Positions 1-10,123 of a stretch of DNA of 64,000 nt are shown here, piece by piece. Source of the stretch: an uncultured delta proteobacterium (GTDB lineage Bacteria; Myxococcota_A; Polyangia; Polyangiales; Polyangiaceae); assembly GCA_963806225.1 (NCBI GenBank), contig CAWDXG010000001.1, positions 1,728,001-1,792,000 on the forward strand. The letters run 5' to 3'. Made by a program: the position numbers and the translations under genes. Each line of letters begins with the position of its first letter. Positions within the stretch are counted from its first letter, which is position 1. The notes beneath the pieces were generated by a model. It was not told the origin of the DNA. It ran no database searches and saw only the letters and a list, made by a program, of their open reading frames with translations.

Positions 1-13
1 CGGAGGTTCCCCC

Positions 14-526
14 ATGTCGCTCTATGATTCATCGATCCCGCAGCTTTCCAAGATGCTCCAGAACCTGGAGCGCTGGCTCGACAAGGCCGCCGACTACGCC
101 AAGACCAGGAATTTCGACCCCGAAACGCTGCTAGTCGCGCGCCTCGCGCCCGATCAGTACCCGCTGCGCAAGCAGATCCAGGCGGCGTGCGACTCGGCCA
201 AGTTCCCGGCCGCGCGACTCACGGGCAAGAAACCCCCGTCGCATCCCGACGGGGAGCAGACGCTGCCCGAGCTGCGCGAGCGCATCCAGAGCGTGATTTC
301 CTACCTCGGCAGCTTCAAGCCCGAGGACTTCGCCGGCGCGGACAAGCGCCAGATCGAGCTGACGTTCGCTGAAGGCCAGGTCATCGATGGCAGCGACTAC
401 CTGTGCGAGATGGCACTGCCGAACTTCTACTTCCACATCGTCACGGCCTACTCGATCCTGCGCCACAATGGCGTGGATCTCGGCAAGATCGACTTCATCG
501 GTTCGCTGAACCTGCGCGCCAAGTAG
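14..526 (+). CDS. DUF1993 family protein
   Basis: Family motifs LL.ARLAPDQYPL..QIQ.ACD and ALPNFYFHIVTAYSILRHNGVDLGK.DF; GGAGG RBS before the ATG. Confidence 0.9.
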   Translation: MSLYDSSIPQLSKMLQNLERWLDKAADYAKTRNFDPETLLVARLAPDQYPLRKQIQAACDSAKFPAARLTGKKPPSHPDGEQTLPELRERIQSVISYLGSFKPEDFAGADKRQIELTFAEGQVIDGSDYLCEMALPNFYFHIVTAYSILRHNGVDLGKIDFIGSLNLRAK

Positions 527-551
527 ACGCGCTCGATTCGGACCGGCGGCG

Positions 552-989
552 TCAGCGGTCGGTGCGCGGCGCGGCGTCTTCGCAGGCGGACGAGGGCGGC
601 GCGGGCACAACGATAGACACGCCGCTCGCCGCCGGGTCGATGTCGAGCGAACGCTTCGCGTACCACGCGACGCTGGTGCAGCGCCGGCCCGCAGCGGGGG
701 CAGGCGCGCACTGACCAAAGCGCGCCGTCCAGGTGCGGCGGCCCTCCGGCAAGGACAGCGTGCGTGGCCGCGTCCGCCCACTCCAGCCGTCGAAGATGCG
801 CCTCAAGTGCGTGTCGCCTCCGCTCAGCTCCACGACAATCGGCCGCACCAGCTGGCGCGACGGATTGGCCGGCGTCGGCGGACACCCCGGCATGCCGCCG
901 ACCGGCACCTCGCGGAAATGCGTCGTCGTGCAGCCTCTGCAAGCAGGCAGGGCGCAGGCGGCCAACACCAGCAACACGAGCACGCGCAC
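552..989 (-). CDS. Hypothetical small secreted/lipoprotein
   Basis: Hydrophobic N-terminus VRVLVLLVLAAC; several Cys; start codon uncertain. Confidence 0.45.
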   Translation of the reverse strand: MRVLVLLVLAACALPACRGCTTTHFREVPVGGMPGCPPTPANPSRQLVRPIVVELSGGDTHLRRIFDGWSGRTRPRTLSLPEGRRTWTARFGQCAPAPAAGRRCTSVAWYAKRSLDIDPAASGVSIVVPAPPSSACEDAAPRTDR

Positions 990-1636
990 GCCCTGAGCTT
1001 GTCCGCGATCCGCGGGACATTCAAGGCCGCCACGGGGGGGGCGTAGCTGGGCGTCAGCGGCCACGCTGTGCCCGCGCCTGGCACATCCACCGAAATGGGG
1101 AAGCCTCGAGCGTTGGGCAGGAGCAGCACCTGCCCGGTTTCGCTGCCCAGGACCACTTGACTCGAGCCGAGGGCAATCGGCCCGCGCTGAAGGGAAGGCA
1201 AGAGCGCTTGCTACGGCGCGGTCCCCGTCGCCGTACTCGTCGCCGGGCCCGGTTGTTTCAGCATCGACGCACGCTGGCTCGGCCGAGGTTCTGCGAGGCG
1301 CTGTTCAGGGCGACCTCCTGGCGGTTTCCGGCTCGCCCTGCCGAACATGCACGAGGACGATACGTAGTTGCTCCTGCCGGCCTTCGACGAAGTCATCCGC
1401 GAGCACGAGCTCTCTCGTGACGTCTACGGCGTCATCTAGCCTACGAGAGGAGGGGATGGCTGACGTCGCAATCGTGGCGGGCGCGAAACGTATTTCTACC
1501 AGGGACACTCAGACACATCGAGAAGCGCGGCCAGGCCAGCATGGAAACGCTCGTCCCCTGCCACAGGTCGCGAAGGGTGACAGCGATACCGGTTGCCTCG
1601 GAGGCGCCGCGGGGAGACACCGCGGCCGGAGCCCCC

Positions 1637-2950
1637 ATGAACTGGACTACTCGATCCATACGCGCTGCGACAGCGGTCGCAGTCGTGACAATGGCGCCGG
1701 CTTGCACCTCGGTGCTTGGCCTGGGTGATTACAAGGACGCGCCCGCAGACGCTGGCAATGCCGGCGGAACCGCCGGAACTGCCGGAACCGCCGGAGCGGG
1801 CGGCGTGGCAGGGCCCGATGGTGGAGGCGTCGGCGGTACCGCCGGCAGTGCTGGCACGGGCGGAAGCGGCGGCGGCCAGAGCTCCAACGGTACCGTCTGC
1901 AGCAGCGCATCCAGCTGCAAGAGCGGGCATTGCGTCGACGGCGGGTGTTGCAATACCGTCTGCACCGGCACTTGCCAGGCCTGCAACCAGACCGCGAGCA
2001 AGGGCACCTGCAAGCCGCGCACAAGCGGGACGGATCCGGACAAGGAGTGTCTAGGCAGCGCTTCGAGCTCGAGCGACCCGTGCGCCGGGGCCTGCAACGG
2101 AAGCTCGGGCTGCACGTTCCCGAACGGCACCACGTCCTGCGGGGGCAACCCGACCTGCGCCGCCGGCCTGCAGACTACGTACGTTTGCGGTGGCGACGGA
2201 AGCTGCGGGCCGAAAACGACCACCTGCGGCGACTACGTCTGCGGCACTAGCAGCTGCAAGACCTCATGCACGGTCAACGGCGACTGCGTCTCGACGGCGT
2301 GGTGCCAGAGCGGCTCGTGCGTGCCCAAGGTTGCGAACGGCAGCGCCTGCGGCGGCAACAACCAATGCACGAGCGGCAACTGTGTCAGCGGAACGTGCTG
2401 CAAGACGAGCTGCGCCGCGCCCTGGAGCTGCTCGACTGGCACGTGTCTCTGCAACGGCGTGACTTGCTCGAAGTGCATCACCTGGTATCTGGATCAGGAC
2501 GGCGACGGGTTCGGCGCACATTCGTCGAACGACAAGGTGGGATGCGACACCGCCCAGCCCCCGGACGTGAACGGCCACCACTACGTCAAGAACAACACCG
2601 ACTGCGACGACACCGACGGCAACGCGCACCCCGGTCAGGCAAAGTATTTTACGACCAAGAGCGCCGGCGGGACCTGGGACTACAACTGCGACGGGACCAA
2701 CGAGGGAGCGTATGCGACGGTCCTTAGCGGGACCACGACATGCCATAACTGCGGTTCGACCTATTGCCTCAGCCCCCTGCAGGTATGGGGCTATGAGTGC
2801 CCCGGTAGCAACAGCTGTGCGTCGGTCACCCAGGCGTACAAGGGCACCTTCCAAACGATAGTGCAGTGCGGTCAGAGCGGCACCCTCTACCACTGCTCGG
2901 CGACCGGCACCGAGACGTCGACGCCTTCAGTAGTGGAACCTTGCCGCTGA
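1637..2950 (+). CDS. Cys-rich lipoprotein with Gly-rich linker and MopE-like putative metal-binding motif
   Basis: Signal plus APAC lipobox-like site, GGTAG linker, many Cys, WYLDQDGDGFG...DCDDTDGNAHPG...DYNCDG motif. Confidence 0.8.
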   Translation: MNWTTRSIRAATAVAVVTMAPACTSVLGLGDYKDAPADAGNAGGTAGTAGTAGAGGVAGPDGGGVGGTAGSAGTGGSGGGQSSNGTVCSSASSCKSGHCVDGGCCNTVCTGTCQACNQTASKGTCKPRTSGTDPDKECLGSASSSSDPCAGACNGSSGCTFPNGTTSCGGNPTCAAGLQTTYVCGGDGSCGPKTTTCGDYVCGTSSCKTSCTVNGDCVSTAWCQSGSCVPKVANGSACGGNNQCTSGNCVSGTCCKTSCAAPWSCSTGTCLCNGVTCSKCITWYLDQDGDGFGAHSSNDKVGCDTAQPPDVNGHHYVKNNTDCDDTDGNAHPGQAKYFTTKSAGGTWDYNCDGTNEGAYATVLSGTTTCHNCGSTYCLSPLQVWGYECPGSNSCASVTQAYKGTFQTIVQCGQSGTLYHCSATGTETSTPSVVEPCR

Positions 2951-3153
2951 CGACGCGGAGGCGGCTCGACGCGGACAGGCGCGCGTCGAGGCCGGCTTGC
3001 ACAAGCTCGTCGGGCGGAGCTTCGCTCTGCTGATGGCCTGATCGGATATAGCCACGCTCTGCTCCTGGTCTAGGTCTGCACGAGGGCCGGCATCCGAGGT
3101 CGATTGGCACAAGAACGCGACACCGGCTGGCCGTTCGACGTAGGCTCCGGTGC

Positions 3154-3930
3154 GTGCCAACACCATCCGATGCGAAGAAGGCGCTCGCGGCGCTGCTCCG
3201 CGAGCACGGGTTCCGGGGCAGCGCGCCGACCTTCCGCAAGTTCGTCGGCAAGGACTTCGTCGCCGTCGTCAACCTGCAGACAAGTGGCGATTCTGTCTAC
3301 GTCAACCTTGGAGCGCACTACCGCTGGCTCGGCAAGCCTTCGTCCTGGGAGAAGACGAAGGAGTACCAGTGCGCTTTTCGAAAGAGGCTCGTCGACTTTG
3401 CGGCAAACGATCGTTTCTGGCTGGACGACGACGCAAGCGTGACGGCTCTTCTGGAGATGATGAAGCTCGAGGGGCTGCTCTTCTTCGAGCAGCTCGAGCC
3501 AGACCGGATCAAGGAGACCACGAAGGCGCTCGCAAAGGACGGCTTCGACAGCTTCGTGCCGATCGGCACGCCGGCCGACGCGGCAACGTGGGCTCGAGTC
3601 GCGACGCGCTTCGGAGATGCGGAGGCGAAGAAGCGGTTCAAAGCGCAGTCCGCCGCCCAGGAAAAGGCGATCGCCGAGGAGCGCGCGCGCAGGCAGGCGG
3701 AACTGGACGCCGAGGCCGTGGAGATGACCTACGCCGAGCTCATGGCCGCGCGGAAAGCCGGGCGGTCGCCGAAAGTGGTCCATCTTCTGCCCGGGAAGAA
3801 GACGAAGAACGCTGCGAAGCAAACGGCGAAGAAGGCCAGGAAGAAAGCGGCGAAGAAGGCCAAGAAGGCGAAAGCGTCTCTGGAGCGAGCCGGAAAGCCG
3901 CAGCCCGCGAAGCGCCGCACCCGAGGTTGA
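3154..3930 (+). CDS. DUF4304-like protein with Lys/Ala-rich C-terminal tail
   Basis: N-terminus LLREHGFRGSAPTFRK...VVNLQ resembles DUF4304; C-terminal AKKARKKAAKKAKKAK. Confidence 0.6.
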   Translation: MPTPSDAKKALAALLREHGFRGSAPTFRKFVGKDFVAVVNLQTSGDSVYVNLGAHYRWLGKPSSWEKTKEYQCAFRKRLVDFAANDRFWLDDDASVTALLEMMKLEGLLFFEQLEPDRIKETTKALAKDGFDSFVPIGTPADAATWARVATRFGDAEAKKRFKAQSAAQEKAIAEERARRQAELDAEAVEMTYAELMAARKAGRSPKVVHLLPGKKTKNAAKQTAKKARKKAAKKAKKAKASLERAGKPQPAKRRTRG

Positions 3931-3994
3931 GCGGTTCGGCCCGCCCAAACCTCGGCCAACGGCTGGAGTCGCGGCAGCTCAGTTCACGCGCCTT

Positions 3995-4576
3995 CTACTC
4001 CGCTCCGGGTGCGCTGCGGGAGCAGTAGCTGGGCAATGGGCTCCCGAGGTCCAGCCTCCGGAAGACGTCGGCCTTGCCACGGGCATCGCGCAGATACTGC
4101 TTGGCCTCCGCCGTGGGCATCTCCTGGGAGAAGAGCTCCAGACGGTTGCCGTCGGGATCCAGAAAGTACGCGCTCTTCGCGAAAACGTGGTCAGCCGTGA
4201 AGTCCAGACGCGCACCGTGCCTCTCGAGCCGCGCGATGATGGCGAGAAGCTGTTCCGGTCCCCCATCGATCTCCAGAGCCGTGTGGGCCATGAGTGAGCT
4301 ACCGATCGGCTGACCGTCGGGCACCTGGATCACGGCGATGTCGTGGTCACGCTCACCGAACGAGAAGAACGCCATCCGCGGTTCCTCGAGCGCCTTGACG
4401 AGCTCCATGCCGAGAGCCTCTGTGTAGAACCGTATCGATCGCTGCAGTTCCCGCACTGCCAGGACGACGTGGGCCACCTTCTTGAACTTCACCATGGGCT
4501 CCCCGTGCCGGTTGGTGTCGCTCGCTGCGTCGTTGCCGGCCTGCGGTGTGGATTGGTTCTGCTTCATGTCTTCCAT
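3995..4576 (-). CDS. VOC/glyoxalase family protein (catechol-2,3-dioxygenase-like)
   Basis: VAHVVLAVRELQRSIRFYTEALG, RDHDIA, HTAL and SAYFLDPDGNRLEL motifs. Confidence 0.9.
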   Translation of the reverse strand: MEDMKQNQSTPQAGNDAASDTNRHGEPMVKFKKVAHVVLAVRELQRSIRFYTEALGMELVKALEEPRMAFFSFGERDHDIAVIQVPDGQPIGSSLMAHTALEIDGGPEQLLAIIARLERHGARLDFTADHVFAKSAYFLDPDGNRLELFSQEMPTAEAKQYLRDARGKADVFRRLDLGSPLPSYCSRSAPGAE

Positions 4577-4818
4577 GTTCGTGTCTCCTTCAGCCTTTCG
4601 TTGCGCCCCCGACAACGTGTCGGTGAAGAAGAAACTACGGAAATCCGCCCGCCCGGACTTCGGGAAGACCCCCCAATTTCACGCGCGAACCGCTTTGGGT
4701 GGTTCTACCCAACCAGGCCGTTCTGGCCTCCCACGCGAGCTTTCACCCGCTTCCGCCGCCCGAGCGCGAGGACATGGACGCCGTGTGCGGGGCAGGTCAC
4801 ATCTGGTAGATTCGAGAT

Positions 4819-5358
4819 GTGTCAGGCGCGCTGTGCGCTGCTCTGTTGGGACTGACGCTCGCCGCCCCGGCAAGTGCACAATCGCTGTACACGGCTCCGA
4901 CGGTCGCACCGCTGTCGATCACGTCGGACGCGCCGGGTACGCGCTTCGAGATCCAGCGCTTGTCCGATCTCGTGCCACTGGCGAAGTGCGTCGACGAATG
5001 CCGCGTGTTGCTGCCCGTCGATCAGTACCGTCTGGTCGTTCACGGCTCCGACGGCGTCGCGAGCGGCCGGCGGATGTTCGAGCTCGACGCACCGATGCGC
5101 ATGCGGCTGACGCCCGACGCGCCGTGGCAACGCTGGACCGGGCTGTCAATGGCGGTCGTTGGAACGGCGGCCATCCTTGGCGGAATGTTTCTTGTCCTCA
5201 CTGGAAGTTACTCGGATTACGGCCCGTCGCAGCGCGAGAATCGGCAGACCGTCGGCGGGCTCATGGTGCTTGGCGGAGTCAGCCTCTCGATCCCCGGCTG
5301 GGTGGTGTTCAGGAACAGCTTCAGGCCCGGGCTGAAGGTGCTACCCGACCGGCGTTGA
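4819..5358 (+). CDS. Hypothetical secreted/membrane protein (PEGA-like N-part, two C-terminal hydrophobic helices)
   Basis: Signal peptide ending ASA; C...C pair; two hydrophobic segments; same layout as 12385-13089. Confidence 0.65.
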   Translation: MSGALCAALLGLTLAAPASAQSLYTAPTVAPLSITSDAPGTRFEIQRLSDLVPLAKCVDECRVLLPVDQYRLVVHGSDGVASGRRMFELDAPMRMRLTPDAPWQRWTGLSMAVVGTAAILGGMFLVLTGSYSDYGPSQRENRQTVGGLMVLGGVSLSIPGWVVFRNSFRPGLKVLPDRR

Positions 5359-5359
5359 T

Positions 5360-5500
5360 CACGGCGATGGCCCACGGGTTGCCCTGTGCTGACTCCAGCG
5401 TTGTTGGCGTTCCGCCGCCGCGGGCGTTCTCGACGGTCCCGCTGTTGCTCGTCCAGTAGACGCCGGTGGTGTCCCCGATGGCGAGCAGGACGGTGCCGGA
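5360..5500 (-). pseudogene. Remnant of a myxobacterial beta-propeller repeat protein
   Basis: Reads LAIGDTTGVYWTSNSGTVENARGGGTPTTLESAQGNPWAIAV, similar to A-V-D-x-x-x-V-Y-W-T repeats; no own start; cut off at the neighbouring gene. Confidence 0.5.
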
Positions 5501-5693
5501 CAGCGCCGGGGTCGGTCCGACGACCCGGCGTGGACCTGCTCGCTGCCAACCTGTCCACATCATGCTCTTCCGGACCCCAAGGTCGTGCCACCCTGTCGAT
5601 CGGCGTCCAGGCGACGTTTGACTTTTCCCCGTGGCAACCCAACGGCACGACTCCTGCAGGCGAGCTGCGCGCGTAGGCGGAAAGGTCGGAACG

Positions 5694-6209
5694 ATGAAAA
5701 AGGCGGGAACGATGGAAGTGGTGATGCTGGCTCTGGTCGCCGGGCTGTGCGTGACCTCGTGCCTGGTCACTGCGGCTCCCGGTACGGGTAGCGGCTCGTC
5801 GGGTCCGGGTGCGGGCGGCTCCTCGAACGGGGCGGACTCCGGGTGTGGCGGAGAAGCAGCCCAGGGCGGCTACTCGAAGGGAACAGCGGGCGCGTGGAAT
5901 GGAAGCGCGGGCAACGCGTACGGCTACCCCTCCGACCAGATGCCGGCCGACGATTGCTTCGGCTTCGGCTTCGATGACAACAAGGTGACCTGCCGCTTCT
6001 ACGACTCCTGCGCGATCCATTGCAGCAGCGACCCGGATTGCCCGTCGGCGCCGGGCGGCCCGGAGCCGGTGTGCCGGAAGAACAGCCAGACCTCCGGCAG
6101 GCTGTGCGTGCTGCCCTGCGGCCAGAGCGACGAGTGCCCCCAGGGAATGGTCTGCACCGTTCATCCCTATGGATACGGACGCATCTGCATGTGGCCCCGC
6201 GACTACTAG
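5694..6209 (+). CDS. Cys-rich lipoprotein
   Basis: Signal with VTSC lipobox; Gly/Ser linker; C-terminal CSSDPDCP...CVLPCGQSDECPQGMVC module. Confidence 0.75.
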   Translation: MKKAGTMEVVMLALVAGLCVTSCLVTAAPGTGSGSSGPGAGGSSNGADSGCGGEAAQGGYSKGTAGAWNGSAGNAYGYPSDQMPADDCFGFGFDDNKVTCRFYDSCAIHCSSDPDCPSAPGGPEPVCRKNSQTSGRLCVLPCGQSDECPQGMVCTVHPYGYGRICMWPRDY

Positions 6210-6552
6210 AGTATCGGAGGTCGGGGATCGGCCAGGCTCGCCCGCGAGGTGACCCGGGGGAGACGACGCCGCCGAACGGCGTCGTTCTCTCGGGATGCAG
6301 TCATCGCGCTTCCAGGGTCGAGACGGTCGCCGCGCCCAGGCTGAAGCGTTTCACTCGAAAGCGAACTCCCGGGCATACACGCCGTGTAGCTGCCGGAGTT
6401 GGCTTCCAGTCTTCGGGTCGACCAGCAACACGGCGCCGTTCCCGGTGTAGTCGAGGCGGATAGCGCCGACTGCGTCGCCATGAATGCCGCCGTCGCCTGT
6501 GAAGACAGGGATGTCGATGACACACTGACCTCCGTGCAGAACTTGAAAGTTG

Positions 6553-7200
6553 CTACCGCCGGCGGCTCTCGCGCGGTTCACTGTTGCGGTGGTGGGGCAC
6601 TTTCGCCTGGGCGTCGAGGACGTCCGTCGCTCGCAGTGCTCCCATGAGCACTCCCGCGTCGTCCACCACCAGCACGAAATCGCGGTCCTCGCGCGTGAGC
6701 ACGCGCAGTGCGAGGTCGAGTCGTGCACGCGCGGAAACCACTGGATCGCTGGGAATCGCTGCCTGCAGCGCCGACGCGGTCGAGAGCTGGTCGGAGGAAT
6801 ACTGCTTGACCGCTGCTAGGACCTGCGCAGACGTGAGTACCCCCAGCGGGTGATGCCGCGGGTCGACGACGACGACCATGCGTCGCGGAGAAGTACCGAG
6901 GAGCTCGGCAGCTGTGGAAAGGGGTGCGTCTTCAGCGATCTGGGTCGCATGGCGCATCGCGCTGGTCACAGGTGCTTCGAGCGCGTCCCGCAAGTAGGCG
7001 GCGTCATGCGCGGTGCGGGTGCCGACGATGTCGATCAGCAATCGATCGTGACAAGATGGGCACTGCGTCGCTAGCTCCCCAGCTTCCGCGCGTACGACGA
7101 GCCTCGGGTCACGATCGGTGTTGGCGAGTGCCCAGGACGTTGCCATTACGTCCCCTGCGTATTCCTCGGGAACCGACGGTAGGCTGCCTATTCGTCCCAT
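6553..7200 (-). CDS. CBS domain pair protein
   Basis: PVTSAM...VVVVD...LGVLT and VLVVDDAGVLMGALRATDVL; AGGAGAG RBS upstream. Confidence 0.8.
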   Translation of the reverse strand: MGRIGSLPSVPEEYAGDVMATSWALANTDRDPRLVVRAEAGELATQCPSCHDRLLIDIVGTRTAHDAAYLRDALEAPVTSAMRHATQIAEDAPLSTAAELLGTSPRRMVVVVDPRHHPLGVLTSAQVLAAVKQYSSDQLSTASALQAAIPSDPVVSARARLDLALRVLTREDRDFVLVVDDAGVLMGALRATDVLDAQAKVPHHRNSEPRESRRR

Positions 7201-7247
7201 TTTCGACTCTCCTGGTGGTGGCCCCCCACGATCGAGCCAGACGACTC

Positions 7248-7263
7248 TGCAAGCTGCATACCC
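7248..7263 (-). promoter_or_regulatory. Possible sigma54 promoter for the CBS gene
   Basis: Minus strand GGGTATGCAGCTTGCA gives GG-N10-GC with TTGCA, about 48 nt upstream of the ATG. Confidence 0.45.
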
Positions 7264-7667
7264 GGGCGCCGGCCTACCGTTCGGCCGAGTTGCGTATCCT
7301 CTTGGAACAATTGCACAACGGTCGTCGCGGACAGTCGAGCACCCGACAGCGACGCGGTGCCGCGGGCGCCGCGATTGGAGTGCGGCGCTTCGTCACGATG
7401 CGACATTCTGCCACGCATGCGTGAGTCTCACGTCGGCGTGTGCTGCCGCCGAATCGAAGACATCGAAGGGGCGCCGCAGTACGAAGCCTAGACCTCCAGG
7501 CGACGGTCGACCTCGACGTACGCGCGCACGAACAGGACGTGCACCTGGTACATGCCAAGACGCGCAACCTGGAGATCTCCGGACGCGCGACACAGGCCGC
7601 CACCCCGGACGCGACGCTTCGTACGCGTCTGGGCACCCAGCTCGCGGAATGGCTATCCTCGAATGCA

Positions 7668-9389
7668 ATGCCCCGTGATCAACGAAGCGATACCCACGCG
7701 CTGAAGGACGTGAGCCTCGAACGCGATCGCGCCAAGCAGTCGCTGCGCGTGAGCGAACAGCGCTTCCGGCTGCTGCTGGAGAGCGTCCGCGACTACGCCA
7801 TCTTCATGCTCGATGCAGACGGCCACGTCATGACCTGGAATCCCGGTGCCGAGCGCATGACGGGTTACTCCGAGCAGGAGATCCTCGGCAGACACTTCTC
7901 GTGCTTCTACCCCGACGAGGCCGCCGACCGGGACTGGCCCGAAGAAGAGCTCAGACGGGCGCTGCGCGACGGGCGCTTCGAGGACGAGGGATGGAGGGTG
8001 CGGAGCGACGGTTCGCAGTACTGGTCCAACGTCGTCATCACTCCGATGTATGAAGACGGCAGGCTACAGGGCTTTGCCAAGGTCACTCGCGACCTGACCG
8101 AGCGCCGTCGCATCGAGCAGAAAGTCGAAGCGGCCCGGGACGAGCTCGAGCAACGCGTGCAGGACCGCACGCAGGATCTGGCCCGCGCCAACGCGGCGCT
8201 CGCTCGCGAAAACGCCGAGCGCCGCCAGCTGGAGGCGGACCTCAAGCAGTTGGTGCGTGAGCTCACGGAACGCGATCGGCAGAAGAATGTCTTTCTCGCC
8301 ACGCTCGCCCACGAGCTCCGGAACCCGCTGGCGCCAATCCGTAGCGCGCACCAGGTACTCGAACGCCTCGTCGGCAGATCCGGCGACGCGAGGCATGCCC
8401 TCGAAGTCATCGATCGGCAGCTATTGCAGCTCACGCGGCTCATCAGTGACCTTCTGGACCTCTCGCGCATCACGTCGGGCAAGCTCGAGCTCCAGCGCGA
8501 GCCGGCCACGGTCGAATCGGTGCTGCAGGCAGCTCTGGAGACCAAGCAACCGCTGATCGCGGCCGAGTCACTGCATGTGGAGCTATCGTTGCCGGGAGAG
8601 CAGCTCTGGGTCCACGGCGATCCACTGCGGCTCGCGCAGGTCTTCGCCAACCTGCTCGACAACGCCGTCAAGTTCACGCCGCCAGGCGGAGACCTCCAGA
8701 TCGAGGCCCAGCGTGACGCCGATACCGTGGAAATCCGCGTCGTCGATTCCGGCGTCGGCATCGCGCCCACGCTTCTGCCGGAGGTGTTCGACATGTTCCG
8801 CCAGGGCGGTGGCGCAGGCGGCGCGCCGAAGGCCGGCCTTGGCATCGGGCTTACCCTGTCGAAGCAGATCGTGGAGCTGCATGCCGGCACCATCCGCGCG
8901 GAAAGCGGAGGCGAGGGGCAGGGCAGTACGTTCTCGGTCACGCTGCCACTCCGCGAAGCCCCCAGGCACTCTTCCAGCCCGTCCCACCCAGACAGAATCT
9001 CGCTGAGCGGACATCGCGTGCTGGTTGTCGACGACAACCCCGACTCGGTGGAGATGCTGCGTGCCCTGCTCTCCATGATGGGTGCCGAGGTCGAGACGGC
9101 CATCGATGGCCGCTCGGCGATCGAGCTCGCCGAGCGCTTCCGTCCGACAACCGTGCTGTTGGATATCGGCATGCCCGAGCTCGACGGCTACGAGACCGCA
9201 CGCCACATGCGACAGACCAGCTGGGGGCGCACTGTGGAGCTCGTTGCGGTCACCGGATGGGGTCAGTCCGAGGATCGCGACCGCACCGCCGAAGCTGGCT
9301 TCGACCGCCATCTCGTCAAGCCGGTCGAGATGAGCGAGCTGTTCTCGTTGTTCGAACCGGCTTCCAGGCGGGGCTCCGGGGCTTCGTGA
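7668..9389 (+). CDS. Hybrid sensor histidine kinase/response regulator (PAS-HisKA-HATPase-REC)
   Basis: PAS (YAIFMLDADG..TWNPGAE), H-box LAHELRNPL, N-box NLLDNAVKF, G-boxes DSGVGI/GLGIGL, REC VVDDN..LDIGMP..KP; start may lie as far up as 7440. Confidence 0.95.
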   Translation: MPRDQRSDTHALKDVSLERDRAKQSLRVSEQRFRLLLESVRDYAIFMLDADGHVMTWNPGAERMTGYSEQEILGRHFSCFYPDEAADRDWPEEELRRALRDGRFEDEGWRVRSDGSQYWSNVVITPMYEDGRLQGFAKVTRDLTERRRIEQKVEAARDELEQRVQDRTQDLARANAALARENAERRQLEADLKQLVRELTERDRQKNVFLATLAHELRNPLAPIRSAHQVLERLVGRSGDARHALEVIDRQLLQLTRLISDLLDLSRITSGKLELQREPATVESVLQAALETKQPLIAAESLHVELSLPGEQLWVHGDPLRLAQVFANLLDNAVKFTPPGGDLQIEAQRDADTVEIRVVDSGVGIAPTLLPEVFDMFRQGGGAGGAPKAGLGIGLTLSKQIVELHAGTIRAESGGEGQGSTFSVTLPLREAPRHSSSPSHPDRISLSGHRVLVVDDNPDSVEMLRALLSMMGAEVETAIDGRSAIELAERFRPTTVLLDIGMPELDGYETARHMRQTSWGRTVELVAVTGWGQSEDRDRTAEAGFDRHLVKPVEMSELFSLFEPASRRGSGAS

Positions 9390-9449
9390 GTATGTCGCCA
9401 GCAGCGCCGCGAGGTCTCCGGCGACAGCTGCGTTTCGGCGAAAGAGAAG

Positions 9450-9600
9450 CGCGGACTTCGCGAGCTACGACGGCGTGTTGCAGATCGGAGTGCCGCCACT
9501 CCGTGTCGACATCTTGAATCGCGCCGACGGAATCACGTTCGACGAGGCCGCCGCGGACGGCGACGCATTCGAGTTGGGTGGACGCACGATCCCGGTGATG
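9450..9600 (+). pseudogene. Internal fragment of a nucleotidyltransferase-like (DUF6036-type) gene
   Basis: ADFASYDGVLQIGVPPLRVDILNRADGITFDEA...GRTIPV; both ends missing. Confidence 0.6.
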
Positions 9601-9643
9601 GTCGCGCGGCTCGATGAGCAGCACCTCGACGAGTCGCGCGCGG

Positions 9644-9911
9644 AGGGCGACACAGCGGAGGACATAACCGGTTATGTCCGCGGAAATGTCGGCGCGGGGC
9701 CGCGTGGGCGCGCGTAGGGCGACACAGCGGAGGACATAACCGGTTATGTCCGCGGAAATGTCGGCGCGGGGCCGCGTGGGCGCGCGTAGGGCGACACAGC
9801 GGAGGACATAACCGGTTATGTCCGCGGAAATGTCGGCGCGGGGCCGCGTGGGCGCGCGCAGGGCGACACAGCGGAGGACATAACCGGTTATGTCCGTGGA
9901 AATGTCGGCGC
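9644..9911. repeat. Tandem repeat, 72-bp unit x ~3.7, each unit holding the perfect 20-bp palindrome GGACATAACCGGTTATGTCC
   Basis: Units start at 9644, 9716, 9788 and 9860; near-identical copies. Confidence 0.95.
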
Positions 9912-10123
9912 ACGGCGTGCTCGCAGAGGACGCCGAACAATGCGGGCGCGCGTCTAGCGCCGGAACGCGACGTTGAGATCGATGACGGCCGGCTGTAAGC
10001 CGTTGTGTTTTGGAGTCACGAAACCCGTCGGGACATCCTGATCGCCGAACGCCGGGTAGTAGTCGGTAGATGCCGTCGTGGAGCGGCGTAACAGGGCTCG
10101 CGGCGAGGCGTCGCCGGATAGGC

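Noticed and set aside
9644..9911. CRISPR array
   Set aside because: The sequences between the palindromes are identical rather than unique spacers, and no cas genes are in the window.
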